From Clostridia bacterium (GTDB lineage: Bacteria > Bacillota > Clostridia > Oscillospirales > Acutalibacteraceae): DNA of 64,000 nt. The stretch lies in assembly GCA_017438845.1 (NCBI GenBank), contig JAFRUO010000020.1:5349-69348 (forward strand). The letters run 5' to 3'. Position 1 is the first letter of the stretch. The number at the start of each line of letters is the position of its first letter. The notes under the pieces were generated by a model. It had not been told where the DNA came from, made no database searches, and was given only the letters and a program-made list of their open reading frames with translations. Below, one piece after another: positions 17,213 to 37,146 of the stretch. Both the position numbers and the translations under genes were made by a program.

Positions 17213-19597
17213 ATGGCGTCTTCAAAAAAAGTCAGCGTTTGCATAAACGCATATAACTGTGAAAGGTTTATTGCCGAAACAATACAGTCGGTGCTTGACC
17301 AGAGCTATACGAATTTTGAAATTATTGTTGTCGACGACTGCTCGACCGATGACACCGTAAAGGTTGTTGAGGGCTTTAACGACGACAGAATCACCCTTGT
17401 CAGGCTTCCCGAAAATCAGAATATTTCAGGCTCAAACAATGAGGCGCTCAAACGTGCGACGGGTGACTATATCGCACATCTTGACTCTGACGATGTCTGG
17501 AAGCCGAACAAGCTTGAAAGGCAGGTTAAGTTCCTTGAGGAGCATCCCGAATACGGCGCCTGCTTCTCCTTTGTCGATGTAATTGACGAGCATTCCTATG
17601 ACATCGGCGACACCGACCCTTTCTTTAAAAACCTGTTCAATGTAAAGACCTTAAGCCAGGCTCAGTTTTTAAGGAAGTTTACCGACGAGCCGAATTTTAT
17701 CTGCCACTCCACCATGCTTCTGAGAAGGGATATTTTTGAGAAGCTCGGTTACCACAACAGAAGCCTTCTTTACCTGCACGACTTTGACTGCTGGGCAAGG
17801 CTTATACTTATCTGCCCGATATTCATTTATCCCGAGCCGCTTATCAATTACAGGGTCAGAGCGGGCAGTAACTCCGCTCCGGGCGAGGACAAGAACCTTG
17901 CCATGTACGAGGAGTACGCACGCATAGTTTACAATATGATTGACAACTGCCCCGACGAGCTTTTTCTTGCGGCGTTCGCGGACAGGCTGAGACTTTCGGG
18001 CGAACACGGCAAAAAGCAAATTGAGCTTGAAAAGGCGTTTGTTCTTCTCGACGCCTTTGAGCCGTTAAAGTCAAACAAGTATCTCGGCGTCAGGAAGCTT
18101 GACGAGCTATTTTCGGACGCGGAATATATTGAAATTGCAGAACGTGATTTCGGCTTCGGCGTAAGGGATTTGTACGAGCTTCATAAAAATGAGTTTTTCT
18201 ATAACGAGGCGAAGTTCAACGGCATAAAGGGAGAGGAGCAGAAGCTCCTTGAAAAGATAGAGGAACAACAAAAGGAATACGAGCTTCTTGAGCAGAAAAG
18301 GCAGGAGCTTGAAAACAACTACAAGGCGCTTGAGGGGGAATACCTTTTCCTTGAAAGTCAGTACAACGCAAACCTCAATTCAATTGAGATGCGCCTTATG
18401 AAGCCTGTCACCCTGCTTAAAAGAATCAGAAACAAATGGAGAAACCTCTTCTCAAAATACACGGGAGACGGCAGGAAATCCGTAGCCCGAATAATGCTTT
18501 ACGGCTTTTACGGGCACAATCTCGGCGACGATGTTTTCTTTGATATGCTCTTTAAGCGCTATCCCGACACACTGTTTTACGTGCTCGGCGGCGGGGATTA
18601 TCTGGAGTTTTTCTCGCATTATGCAAACGTGCGCTTTTATGATGCAGGCAGACCGATGATAGCTAAAATCAACCGCCTCGGCTCAAAGCTCGGAATTGAC
18701 AACCTTTTTGAGAAAATCCTTCTGAGCGCAACCGACGGCGCAATGCATATCGGCGGCTCGATTTATCAGCAGATTGCTGACTGGGAAAACGATCTGAAGG
18801 TAAGGAAAAAGAGAAACAGAAGCTTCAAAACCTTCTTTGCGATTTCCAACAATTTCGGACCGTATACAACGGACGGGTACCTTAAATTCTGGCGCAGGCA
18901 GTTTAAAACCTTTGACGACATCTGCTTCAGGGATTTCTATTCGTATAATCTCTTCTCTGACATCAAAACCGTGCGCTGTGCGCCCGACCTGCTGTTTTCC
19001 TACAAAACCGCGGTAAATGCGCCGACTGAAAAGAGGGTGGCGGTTTCGGTGATTGACCCGCGCTTCCGCGTCAGAAGCTTTACCGAGGAGCAGGCGGCAG
19101 GGTATGAGAACAAAATGATTGAGCTGATTGAATACTATGTCGAAAAGGGCTATGAGGTTTCAATGCTTGGCTTCTGCACGCTTGAGGAGGATAACCTTGA
19201 AATCGACAGACTGTATGAGAGGCTTTCCGAAAACGCGAAGGAGCACGTCAGGCGCTTAACCTATCACGACAGTATTGACGAAATAATGCTTGAAATCAGG
19301 AAAAGCGAAAAGGTAATCGCCACTCGCTTCCACGCCATGATACTCGGCTACATCTTCGGCAAGAAGGTGCTTCCGATAATTTACAGCGACAAGATGAGCA
19401 ATGTTATCGATGACCTCGGGCTTTGCTTTGATAAGGTAAGGCTTGAAAAGCTTTCGGACTTCAGCTGTGACGACCTCGACCTCAGAGTAAGAGGGATTTA
19501 TCCCGAAGAGGTAAGAGTAATCAGCAGCGAGGCAGACAGACAGTTTGAAGGCTTCGACAGATACATCGAACATAAAAACGGTGAAATAGTGAGATAA
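17213..19597 (+). CDS. Fusion protein: GT2 glycosyltransferase (N-terminal), coiled coil, polysaccharide pyruvyl transferase-like domain (C-terminal)
   Basis: VSVCINAYNCERFIAETIQSVLDQSY..IVVDDCSTD and DSDD motifs (GT2). A heptad-like EEQKLLEKIEEQQKEYELLEQKRQELENNYKALEGEY segment. YGFYGHNLGDD..(R)FHAMILG is typical of PS_pyruv_trans. Confidence 0.7.
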   Translation: MASSKKVSVCINAYNCERFIAETIQSVLDQSYTNFEIIVVDDCSTDDTVKVVEGFNDDRITLVRLPENQNISGSNNEALKRATGDYIAHLDSDDVWKPNKLERQVKFLEEHPEYGACFSFVDVIDEHSYDIGDTDPFFKNLFNVKTLSQAQFLRKFTDEPNFICHSTMLLRRDIFEKLGYHNRSLLYLHDFDCWARLILICPIFIYPEPLINYRVRAGSNSAPGEDKNLAMYEEYARIVYNMIDNCPDELFLAAFADRLRLSGEHGKKQIELEKAFVLLDAFEPLKSNKYLGVRKLDELFSDAEYIEIAERDFGFGVRDLYELHKNEFFYNEAKFNGIKGEEQKLLEKIEEQQKEYELLEQKRQELENNYKALEGEYLFLESQYNANLNSIEMRLMKPVTLLKRIRNKWRNLFSKYTGDGRKSVARIMLYGFYGHNLGDDVFFDMLFKRYPDTLFYVLGGGDYLEFFSHYANVRFYDAGRPMIAKINRLGSKLGIDNLFEKILLSATDGAMHIGGSIYQQIADWENDLKVRKKRNRSFKTFFAISNNFGPYTTDGYLKFWRRQFKTFDDICFRDFYSYNLFSDIKTVRCAPDLLFSYKTAVNAPTEKRVAVSVIDPRFRVRSFTEEQAAGYENKMIELIEYYVEKGYEVSMLGFCTLEEDNLEIDRLYERLSENAKEHVRRLTYHDSIDEIMLEIRKSEKVIATRFHAMILGYIFGKKVLPIIYSDKMSNVIDDLGLCFDKVRLEKLSDFSCDDLDLRVRGIYPEEVRVISSEADRQFEGFDRYIEHKNGEIVR

Positions 19598-19612
19598 AAC
19601 ATTTGTATAAAG

Positions 19613-19645
19613 AAAGAATCCGTCACAAAAAGTGACGGATTCTTT
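19613..19645. terminator. Bidirectional terminator between the convergent GT2-fusion and lacZ genes
   Basis: Perfect 14-bp stem AAAGAATCCGTCAC / GTGACGGATTCTTT with an A5 loop. Confidence 0.75.
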
Positions 19646-19671
19646 AATTAGTCAAATTTTATCTAACCGCT

Positions 19672-26806
<7,135 letters not shown>

Positions 26807-26855
26807 TTAAAAGCACTCACTAAAGAAAGATTTTAAGGAAGAAGGTAACACTTTA

Positions 26856-30443
<3,588 letters not shown>

Positions 30444-30456
30444 TTTAAAATAATGC

Positions 30457-30486
30457 TTGACAATCAAAGGTTTTCAGTGTTAAAAT
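30457..30486 (+). promoter_or_regulatory. Promoter of the str operon (rpsL-rpsG-fusA-tuf)
   Basis: TTGACA (30457-30462), 18 nt, TGt-TAAAAT (30481-30486). Confidence 0.6.
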
Positions 30487-30491
30487 CTTTG

Positions 30492-30538
30492 ATTGTGTGA
30501 GCAAAGCGAACACCGAGGTGTTTGCTTTGCTGACACAT
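30492..30538 (+). promoter_or_regulatory. Long 5'-UTR stem-loop at the start of the rpsL transcript
   Basis: AGCAAAGCGAACAC (30500-30513) pairs with GTGTTTGCTTTGCT (30518-30531), with one G-U, and is extended by TGTGT/ACACA. Confidence 0.55.
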
Positions 30539-30572
30539 TGTGTCTGAAATAATTTAACGGAGGTGAAAAAGA

Positions 30573-30995
30573 TTGCCGACATTTAACCAGCTTGTACGTA
30601 ACGGAAGAGAGACATCTGAAAAGAAGTCTAAGGCTCCCGCCCTCGGAAAGGGTCTTAACTCGAAGAAGAATGTTTTAACCAACAACGCTTCTCCGCAGAA
30701 GAGAGGTGTATGCACTGTCGTTAAGACAGACACACCCAAAAAGCCTAACTCAGCGCTCCGTAAGCTCGCCAGAGTTCGTCTTACAAACGGAATTGAGGTT
30801 TCAGCATATATTCCGGGCGTAGGTCACAACCTTCAGGAACACTCGGTTGTTCTGATTCGTGGCGGACGTGTTAAGGACCTTCCCGGTGTGCGTTATCACA
30901 TCATCAGAGGAACCCTTGATACTCAGGGCGTTAGCGGCAGAATGCAGGGTCGTTCCAAGTATGGCGCAAAGAGACCTAAGGGCGCCAAAAAATAA
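30573..30995 (+). CDS. rpsL: 30S ribosomal protein S12
   Basis: [12 protein letters not shown]...[13 protein letters not shown] start 7 nt after GGAGGTG. Confidence 0.95.
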   Translation: MPTFNQLVRNGRETSEKKSKAPALGKGLNSKKNVLTNNASPQKRGVCTVVKTDTPKKPNSALRKLARVRLTNGIEVSAYIPGVGHNLQEHSVVLIRGGRVKDLPGVRYHIIRGTLDTQGVSGRMQGRSKYGAKRPKGAKK

Positions 30996-31145
30996 GGTTA
31001 GTCAGACCTTAATTAATTAACCGACAGAATCTACTTGCTAAGGTTTAGCCGATGCAGGTGTATACTATATATGCCTTTTGCGTTGGCACCACGGGTTTTG
31101 TCACCGAGTACCTATGATATCATTACTATGAAGGAGGGAAGCGAA

Positions 31146-31616
31146 GTGCCAAGAAGAGGCCAGATCGCAAAACGTGACGTTTTGCCGGATCCGCTTTACA
31201 ATTCAAAGCTTGTTACCAGGCTTATCAACAGCGTTATGCTGGACGGTAAGAAGGGCGTAGCCCAGAAAATCGTTTACGATGCGTTCGACATTATCGCTGA
31301 AAAGACAGGCAAGGAGCCGTTGGAGGTATTTGATGCCGCAATGGAAAATGTTATGCCTGTACTTGAGGTTAAGGCTCGCCGTGTAGGCGGTGCTACCTAT
31401 CAGGTTCCTATGGAGGTTCGTCCCGAGAGAAAACAGACACTCGGACTTCGTTGGATCACTCTTTACGCCCGTCAGCGTTCCGAAAGAACGATGAAGGAAA
31501 GACTCGCCAACGAGATTATGGATGCAGTCAACGAAACAGGCGCAGCATTCAAGAAGCGTGAAGAGACGCACAGAATGGCAGAGGCAAACAAGGCTTTTGC
31601 ACATTTCAGATGGTAA
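31146..31616 (+). CDS. rpsG: 30S ribosomal protein S7
   Basis: (M)[30 protein letters not shown] start after AAGGAGGG; the upstream part of the track ORF has no S7 similarity. Confidence 0.9.
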   Translation: MPRRGQIAKRDVLPDPLYNSKLVTRLINSVMLDGKKGVAQKIVYDAFDIIAEKTGKEPLEVFDAAMENVMPVLEVKARRVGGATYQVPMEVRPERKQTLGLRWITLYARQRSERTMKERLANEIMDAVNETGAAFKKREETHRMAEANKAFAHFRW

Positions 31617-31667
31617 TTTTACCGACACAGTATTTTTATTCCCTAAGCTTAAACAATGGAGGAAACT

Positions 31668-33749
31668 ATGCCAAGAAAGGTATCTCTTGAAAAAACAAGA
31701 AATATTGGTATTATGGCTCATATCGATGCCGGTAAAACAACCACTACTGAAAGAATTTTGTTTTACACAGGTGTTAACCACAAATTAGGTGAAACACATG
31801 ACGGCGATGCTACCATGGACTGGATGGCACAGGAGCAGGAGAGAGGTATTACTATCACTTCTGCTGCTACCACCTGCTTCTGGAAGGAGCACCGTATCAA
31901 TATTATCGACACTCCCGGCCACGTTGACTTTACCGTTGAGGTTCAGCGCTCACTGCGCGTGCTTGACGGCTCGGTTACCGTACTTTGCGCCAAGGGCGGT
32001 GTTGAGCCTCAGTCTGAAACCGTTTGGCGTCAGGCTGATGAGTACAAGGTTCCCCGCATGATTTACGTCAACAAGATGGACATCATGGGTGCGGACTTCT
32101 TCAGAGTACTCAATATGATAGACGAGAGATTTAAATGCAACCCTGTTCCGATTCAGTTACCTATCGGGGCAGAGGACACCTTCAAGGGAATTATCGACCT
32201 CGTTGAGATGGACGCCGAGATTTACTATGACGATCTCGGTAAGGACGTCCGCAGAGAGCCGATTCCCGACGACATGAAGGAATTAGCAGCAGAATACCGT
32301 ACAAAGCTTATTGAGCAGGTCGTTGAACGTGACGATGAGCTTATGATGCAGTATCTTGAGGACGGTACGGAGCCTTCTGTTGAGGACATTAAGAGAATCA
32401 TCAGAACAGCTACTATCGCCAATGAGATGGTGCCGATTACCTGCGGTACATCATACCGCAACAAGGGTGTTCAGCCGCTTCTTGACGCTATTGTTGACTA
32501 TATGCCTGCTCCGACAGACGTTGAGTCAATCAAGGGCGTAAACCCCGACAACGATAAAGAGGAAGTCAGACATTCTTCGGACTCAGAGCCTTTCGCTGCT
32601 CTTGCGTTCAAGATTGCGACCGACCCCTTTGTCGGAAAGCTCTGTTTCTTCAGAGTTTATTCGGGTACCATCAATGCCGGTTCAACCGTTTACAATTCGG
32701 TTAAGGACAATAAGGAAAGAATGGGACGTATCCTTCAGATGCACGCTAACCACAGAGAGGATATCGAAACTGTTTACGCAGGCGATATTGCTGCAGCCGT
32801 AGGCCTTAAAAACACGACCACCGGCGACACACTCTGCGACGAAAAGCACCCCGTAATTCTTGAGTCAATGAACTTCCCGGATCCCGTTATCCGTGTTGCC
32901 ATTGAGCCTAAGACTAAGGCAGGTCAGGAAAAAATGGGCATCGCTCTTCAGAAGCTTGCAGAAGAGGACCCGACCTTTAAGTGCTATACCGATGAGGAAA
33001 CAGGACAGACCATTATCGCCGGTATGGGTGAGCTTCACCTTGAAATCATCGTTGACAGAATGCTTCGTGAATTTAAGGTTGAGGCAAACGTAGGCAAGCC
33101 TCAGGTTGCCTACAAGGAAACAATCCGTGCAACCGCCTCCTCCGACACCAAGTATGCTCGTCAGTCGGGCGGTAAAGGACAGTACGGACACGTTAAAATC
33201 AATATCGAGCCCAATCCGCACGGCGGATATGAGTTCGTTAACAACATTGTCGGCGGTGCAATTCCGAAGGAATACATCGAGCCCGCTAACCAGGGTATTC
33301 AGGGCGCTATGCAGACAGGTGTTCTTGCAGGCTACCCCGTAGTTGACGTTAAGGTAACTCTTTACGACGGGTCTTACCATGAGGTCGACTCTTCCGAAAT
33401 GGCGTTCAAGATTGCCGGTTCAATGGCATTCAAGGATGCGGCAAGGAAGGCAGACCCCGTTATCCTTGAACCGATAATGAAGGTTGTTGTCATCGTACCC
33501 GAGGAGTATATGGGCGACGTTATCGGCGATCTTAACTCAAGACGAGGAGAAATCCAGGGCTTTGAGGACCGTTCGGGCGTTAAACAGATTAATTCTCATG
33601 TACCGCTTTCGGAGATGTTCGGCTATGCTACCGACCTTCGTTCAAAAACACAGGGCAGAGGTCAGTATGTAATGGAACCCGACGGATATAAAGAGGTTCC
33701 GAAGTCGATTTCCGAAAAGATTATCAGCGAAAGAGCAAAGAAAGACTGA
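31668..33749 (+). CDS. fusA: Elongation factor G
   Basis: [41 protein letters not shown] lies upstream of ATG 31668. Confidence 0.95.
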   Translation: MPRKVSLEKTRNIGIMAHIDAGKTTTTERILFYTGVNHKLGETHDGDATMDWMAQEQERGITITSAATTCFWKEHRINIIDTPGHVDFTVEVQRSLRVLDGSVTVLCAKGGVEPQSETVWRQADEYKVPRMIYVNKMDIMGADFFRVLNMIDERFKCNPVPIQLPIGAEDTFKGIIDLVEMDAEIYYDDLGKDVRREPIPDDMKELAAEYRTKLIEQVVERDDELMMQYLEDGTEPSVEDIKRIIRTATIANEMVPITCGTSYRNKGVQPLLDAIVDYMPAPTDVESIKGVNPDNDKEEVRHSSDSEPFAALAFKIATDPFVGKLCFFRVYSGTINAGSTVYNSVKDNKERMGRILQMHANHREDIETVYAGDIAAAVGLKNTTTGDTLCDEKHPVILESMNFPDPVIRVAIEPKTKAGQEKMGIALQKLAEEDPTFKCYTDEETGQTIIAGMGELHLEIIVDRMLREFKVEANVGKPQVAYKETIRATASSDTKYARQSGGKGQYGHVKINIEPNPHGGYEFVNNIVGGAIPKEYIEPANQGIQGAMQTGVLAGYPVVDVKVTLYDGSYHEVDSSEMAFKIAGSMAFKDAARKADPVILEPIMKVVVIVPEEYMGDVIGDLNSRRGEIQGFEDRSGVKQINSHVPLSEMFGYATDLRSKTQGRGQYVMEPDGYKEVPKSISEKIISERAKKD

Positions 33750-33767
33750 TAATTTATGTAAAAAGGC

Positions 33768-33796
33768 TTGATATTTTGTTCATTTATTGGTAAAAT
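33768..33796 (+). promoter_or_regulatory. Internal promoter upstream of tuf
   Basis: TTGATA (33768-33773), 17 nt, TGg-TAAAAT (33791-33796). Confidence 0.5.
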
Positions 33797-33851
33797 AATC
33801 AAGCAAAGAAATTTTAAAAATAATTTGACTCGTAAAAGGAGGACAATTCCA

Positions 33852-35045
33852 ATGGCAAAGGCAAAATTTGAAAGAACCAAACCTCATGTTAATATTGGTA
33901 CCATCGGTCACGTTGACCATGGTAAGACAACATTAACAGCTGCTATCACAAAGACTCTCGCATCAAAGGGTCAGGCTGACTTCGTTGATTATGCAAACAT
34001 CGATAAGGCTCCCGAAGAGAGAGAGCGTGGTATTACTATCAACACAGCTCACGTTGAGTATGAGACCGACAAGCGTCACTATGCTCACGTTGACTGTCCC
34101 GGTCACGCTGACTACATCAAGAACATGATCACAGGTGCGGCACAGATGGACGGTGCTATCCTTGTTATCGCTGCAACAGACGGCCCGATGGCTCAGACAA
34201 AAGAGCATCTTCTTCTTGCCCGTCAGGTTGGCGTTCCGGCAATCATCGTATTCCTTAACAAGTGCGACCAGGTTGACGATCCCGAGCTCCTTGAACTCGT
34301 TGAGATGGAAGTTCGTGAGACTCTTGCTGAGTATGAGTTCGATGAGAACTGCCCGATTATCAAGGGTTCAGCTCTTAAGGCTCTTGAGGCAACCGATGTT
34401 AACTCCGATGACGTTAAGTGCATCTGGGAACTCATGGACGCTGTTGACGAGTACATCCCCACACCCGACCGTAAGGCTGACCAGCCGTTCCTTATGCCTG
34501 TTGAGGACGTTATGACCATCACAGGCCGTGGTACAGTTGCTACCGGCAGAGTTGAGCGTGGACAGCTTAAGCTCGGCGAAGAGGTTGAGATCGTTGGTCT
34601 TAAGGACGAAAAGTCAAAGACTGTTGTTACAGGTATCGAGATGTTCAGAAAGACTCTTGATTACGCTGAGGCAGGCGACAACATCGGCGCTCTTCTTCGT
34701 GGTGTTGACAGAAAAGGCATTGAGCGTGGTCAGGTTCTTTCCAAGCCCGGTTCAATCCATCCCCACACAAAGTTCAGAGGACAGGTTTACGTTCTTACTA
34801 AGGATGAAGGCGGACGTCATACTCCCTTCTTCAACAACTATCGTCCTCAGTTCTATTTCAGAACAACTGACGTTACAGGCATCATCACTCTTCCCGCAGG
34901 AACAGAGATGTGCATGCCCGGCGATAACGTAGAAATGGACGTTGAGCTTATCACTCCTATCGCTATTGAAGAGGGACTTCGTTTCGCTATTCGTGAAGGC
35001 GGCAGAACTGTTGGTTCAGGCGTTGTTATCGCTATCAACGAATAA
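33852..35045 (+). CDS. tuf: Elongation factor Tu
   Basis: [37 protein letters not shown] lies upstream of ATG 33852. Confidence 0.95.
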   Translation: MAKAKFERTKPHVNIGTIGHVDHGKTTLTAAITKTLASKGQADFVDYANIDKAPEERERGITINTAHVEYETDKRHYAHVDCPGHADYIKNMITGAAQMDGAILVIAATDGPMAQTKEHLLLARQVGVPAIIVFLNKCDQVDDPELLELVEMEVRETLAEYEFDENCPIIKGSALKALEATDVNSDDVKCIWELMDAVDEYIPTPDRKADQPFLMPVEDVMTITGRGTVATGRVERGQLKLGEEVEIVGLKDEKSKTVVTGIEMFRKTLDYAEAGDNIGALLRGVDRKGIERGQVLSKPGSIHPHTKFRGQVYVLTKDEGGRHTPFFNNYRPQFYFRTTDVTGIITLPAGTEMCMPGDNVEMDVELITPIAIEEGLRFAIREGGRTVGSGVVIAINE

Positions 35046-35068
35046 TTAATTCGTAAAAAGCACAAATT

Positions 35069-35100
35069 AAGGCAGGAGCAATCCTGCCTTTTTTGTTTTA
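35069..35100 (+). terminator. Intrinsic terminator after tuf
   Basis: AAGGCAGGA-GCAA-TCCTGCCTT followed by TTTTTGTTTTATTTTTTT. Confidence 0.8.
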
Positions 35101-35835
35101 TTTTTTTGAAGCATTCACCCACAGGGGACGAAGAATTTCCTCAACATCCTATCGTAGGGACGAACATCGTTCGTCCGCATAAAATCACATCAAACCTTGC
35201 TCCTGCCGTAAATAGTGAAAAGTGAATAGTGAAGAAGTAATAAGTATTTGCTACGCAAACCGTAGGGGCGACCATTGGTCGCCTCTGCTTTTATAAGATT
35301 GTAGTTTTTAATCCGTAGGGGACGGGGCGTTACGGCTCCCTTGTGTAAAGGGAGCTGTCAGCCGCAGGCTGACTGAGGGATTGTGAATAGTGAATAGTGA
35401 AGAAGTAATAGGTGTTTGCTTCGCAAACGGAGGGGTAGTCAAAGAAACAAATCAACAAATCTACCCCTCAGTCTCGCTTCGCTCGACAGCTCCCCTCTCA
35501 AGGGGAGCTTGTAAGGTTGTAATGAAAACACATCAAACCTCGGCGGGATGAAAGCCTTCCCCTTGAGGTGACTCCCTTGTTAAGGGAGATGTCTGCGAAG
35601 CAGACAGAGGGTTTCCTGTTTTCGGAGAAAAAAGGTTGCCGAATGTAACGAGGCGGATGAGGTGTAATAAAACCGCATCAAACCTCGGCGGGCGACCAAT
35701 GGTCGCCCCTACAGTTTGCAAAGCAAACACTTATTACTTCTTCACTATTCACTATTCACAATCCCTCAGTCAGCCTGCGGCTGACAGCTCCCTTTACACA
35801 AGGGAGCCGTAAACGCGCCGTCTCCTACGGATAAG
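35101..35835. repeat. Mosaic GC-rich palindromic repeat region, copy 2. It contains a ~118-bp imperfect inverted repeat (35311-35428 / 35714-35832) around a 285-bp core.
   Basis: The reverse complement of 35714-35832 matches 35311-35428 with a handful of mismatches or indels. The core carries the 132-nt module 35554-35685, also found at 7475-7605. Multiple GGCGACC-N4-GGTCGCC and GGGACGAAC-N4-TTCGTCC hairpins are present. Confidence 0.9.
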
Positions 35836-35870
35836 CAAAAAAACAGCCACCCTTTCGAGTGGCTGATTTT
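35836..35870 (-). terminator. Intrinsic terminator of hflX (minus strand)
   Basis: CAGCCAC / GTGGCTG stem. On the minus strand it is followed by T7 (A-run 35836-35842 on plus). Confidence 0.65.
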
Positions 35871-35883
35871 ATATTGCTCTGCG

Positions 35884-37137
35884 TTATTCCTTCGCAATGT
35901 ATTCCTTAATTTCTTCAAGAAAATGGAGGTTGACGGTTACGTCGGCGAGTGTGCCGTCGGAGGTGAACTCCTCCGAATGAACTACGCCGTCCGCCCGTAT
36001 CTGTGCAAGTATACCGCCCTTGTCAAAGGGAATTAAGAGCTTCACTCTTGTTCTGTTTTTTGGAAGTGTGTTCTGAATTTCCTCCAGAAGGTCATCCACG
36101 CCCTGACCGTTGAGCGCGCTTATCATTACCGATTTGCCGATAGTCGGCAGGTCAAAAATATCGGGGACAAGATCGCATTTGTTCATAACCGAGATTACGG
36201 GAATACTGTCGCATTCAAGCTCGGAGAGCAGCTCTGCCGTAATCCTTAAATGCTCGGCGCATTCCTCGCTTGAGGCGTCGCAGACATTCAGTATCAGGTC
36301 GGCGTTTTTCGCCTCTTCAAGCGTTGACTTGAACGCCTCTACCAGCTTGTGCGGAAGCCTGCGCACAAGTCCCACCGTGTCAACAAGCATTACCGCCTGA
36401 CCGTTGGGCAGAGTCAGCTTCCTTGCTGTCGGGTCAAGCGTGGCGAAAAGCTTGTCCTCGGCAAGTACGCCTGCGCTTGTAAGACGGTTCATAAGCGTGG
36501 ACTTGCCCGCATTTGTGTAGCCGACAATCGCAACTGATATTATACCGTCCTTTTTACGGCGGCTTCGCATATTGTTCCTTCTCTTTTCAAGCTGCTTCAA
36601 CTCTGCTTCAAGGGCGTTGATTCTTCTTCTTATGTGCCTTTTGTCGCTTTCAAGCTTACTTTCACCGGGACCTCTTGTGCCTATGCCGCCGCCGAGCCTC
36701 GACATTCCTTTACCGCGACCCGTGAGAAAGGGGAGGGAGTATTTAAGCTGAGCGAGCTCTACCTGAAGCTTGCCCTCCCTTGTGCGTGCGTGCAGGGCGA
36801 AAATATCAAGAATCAGCATTGTGCGGTCAACAACCCTCACGCCCGTGATGTCCTCAATGTTTTTAAGCTGTGCGGGGCTTAATTCGTCGTCGGCTACAAT
36901 AAGGTCGATTTCGTTGTCCTCGCAGGCTTTTTTTATTTCTGCAATTCTGCCGCTTCCGACATAGGTTGCGGGATTTTTTTCGGGAAGCTTCTGAATAAGC
37001 TCAAGCTCGGCTTCGCCGCCTGCAGTGCTGACCAGCAGGGAAAGCTCTTCAATTGATTCTTCCGCCGAAAAGCTGCCGTTGTCAACGGAAATCAGCATTA
37101 CCCTTTCGGGCGACTGTGTGTTTTCGTGTAATGTCAT
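35884..37137 (-). CDS. hflX: GTPase HflX
   Basis: HflX N-terminal domain plus the G domain GYTNAGKSTLMNRLT and DTVG. Confidence 0.9.
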   Translation of the reverse strand: MTLHENTQSPERVMLISVDNGSFSAEESIEELSLLVSTAGGEAELELIQKLPEKNPATYVGSGRIAEIKKACEDNEIDLIVADDELSPAQLKNIEDITGVRVVDRTMLILDIFALHARTREGKLQVELAQLKYSLPFLTGRGKGMSRLGGGIGTRGPGESKLESDKRHIRRRINALEAELKQLEKRRNNMRSRRKKDGIISVAIVGYTNAGKSTLMNRLTSAGVLAEDKLFATLDPTARKLTLPNGQAVMLVDTVGLVRRLPHKLVEAFKSTLEEAKNADLILNVCDASSEECAEHLRITAELLSELECDSIPVISVMNKCDLVPDIFDLPTIGKSVMISALNGQGVDDLLEEIQNTLPKNRTRVKLLIPFDKGGILAQIRADGVVHSEEFTSDGTLADVTVNLHFLEEIKEYIAKE

Positions 37138-37146
37138 CCTGTCTCC

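Noticed and set aside
31035-31145. Upstream extensions of rpsG (from 31035), tuf (from 33768), fusA (from 31656), aroC (from 12048), iolG (from 53322) and the macro gene (from 56358) given in the ORF track
   Set aside because: The conserved N-termini of these families begin at internal ATG/GTG codons that are preceded by good SD sequences. The extensions use non-ATG starts, overlap upstream genes or promoters, and have no family similarity.
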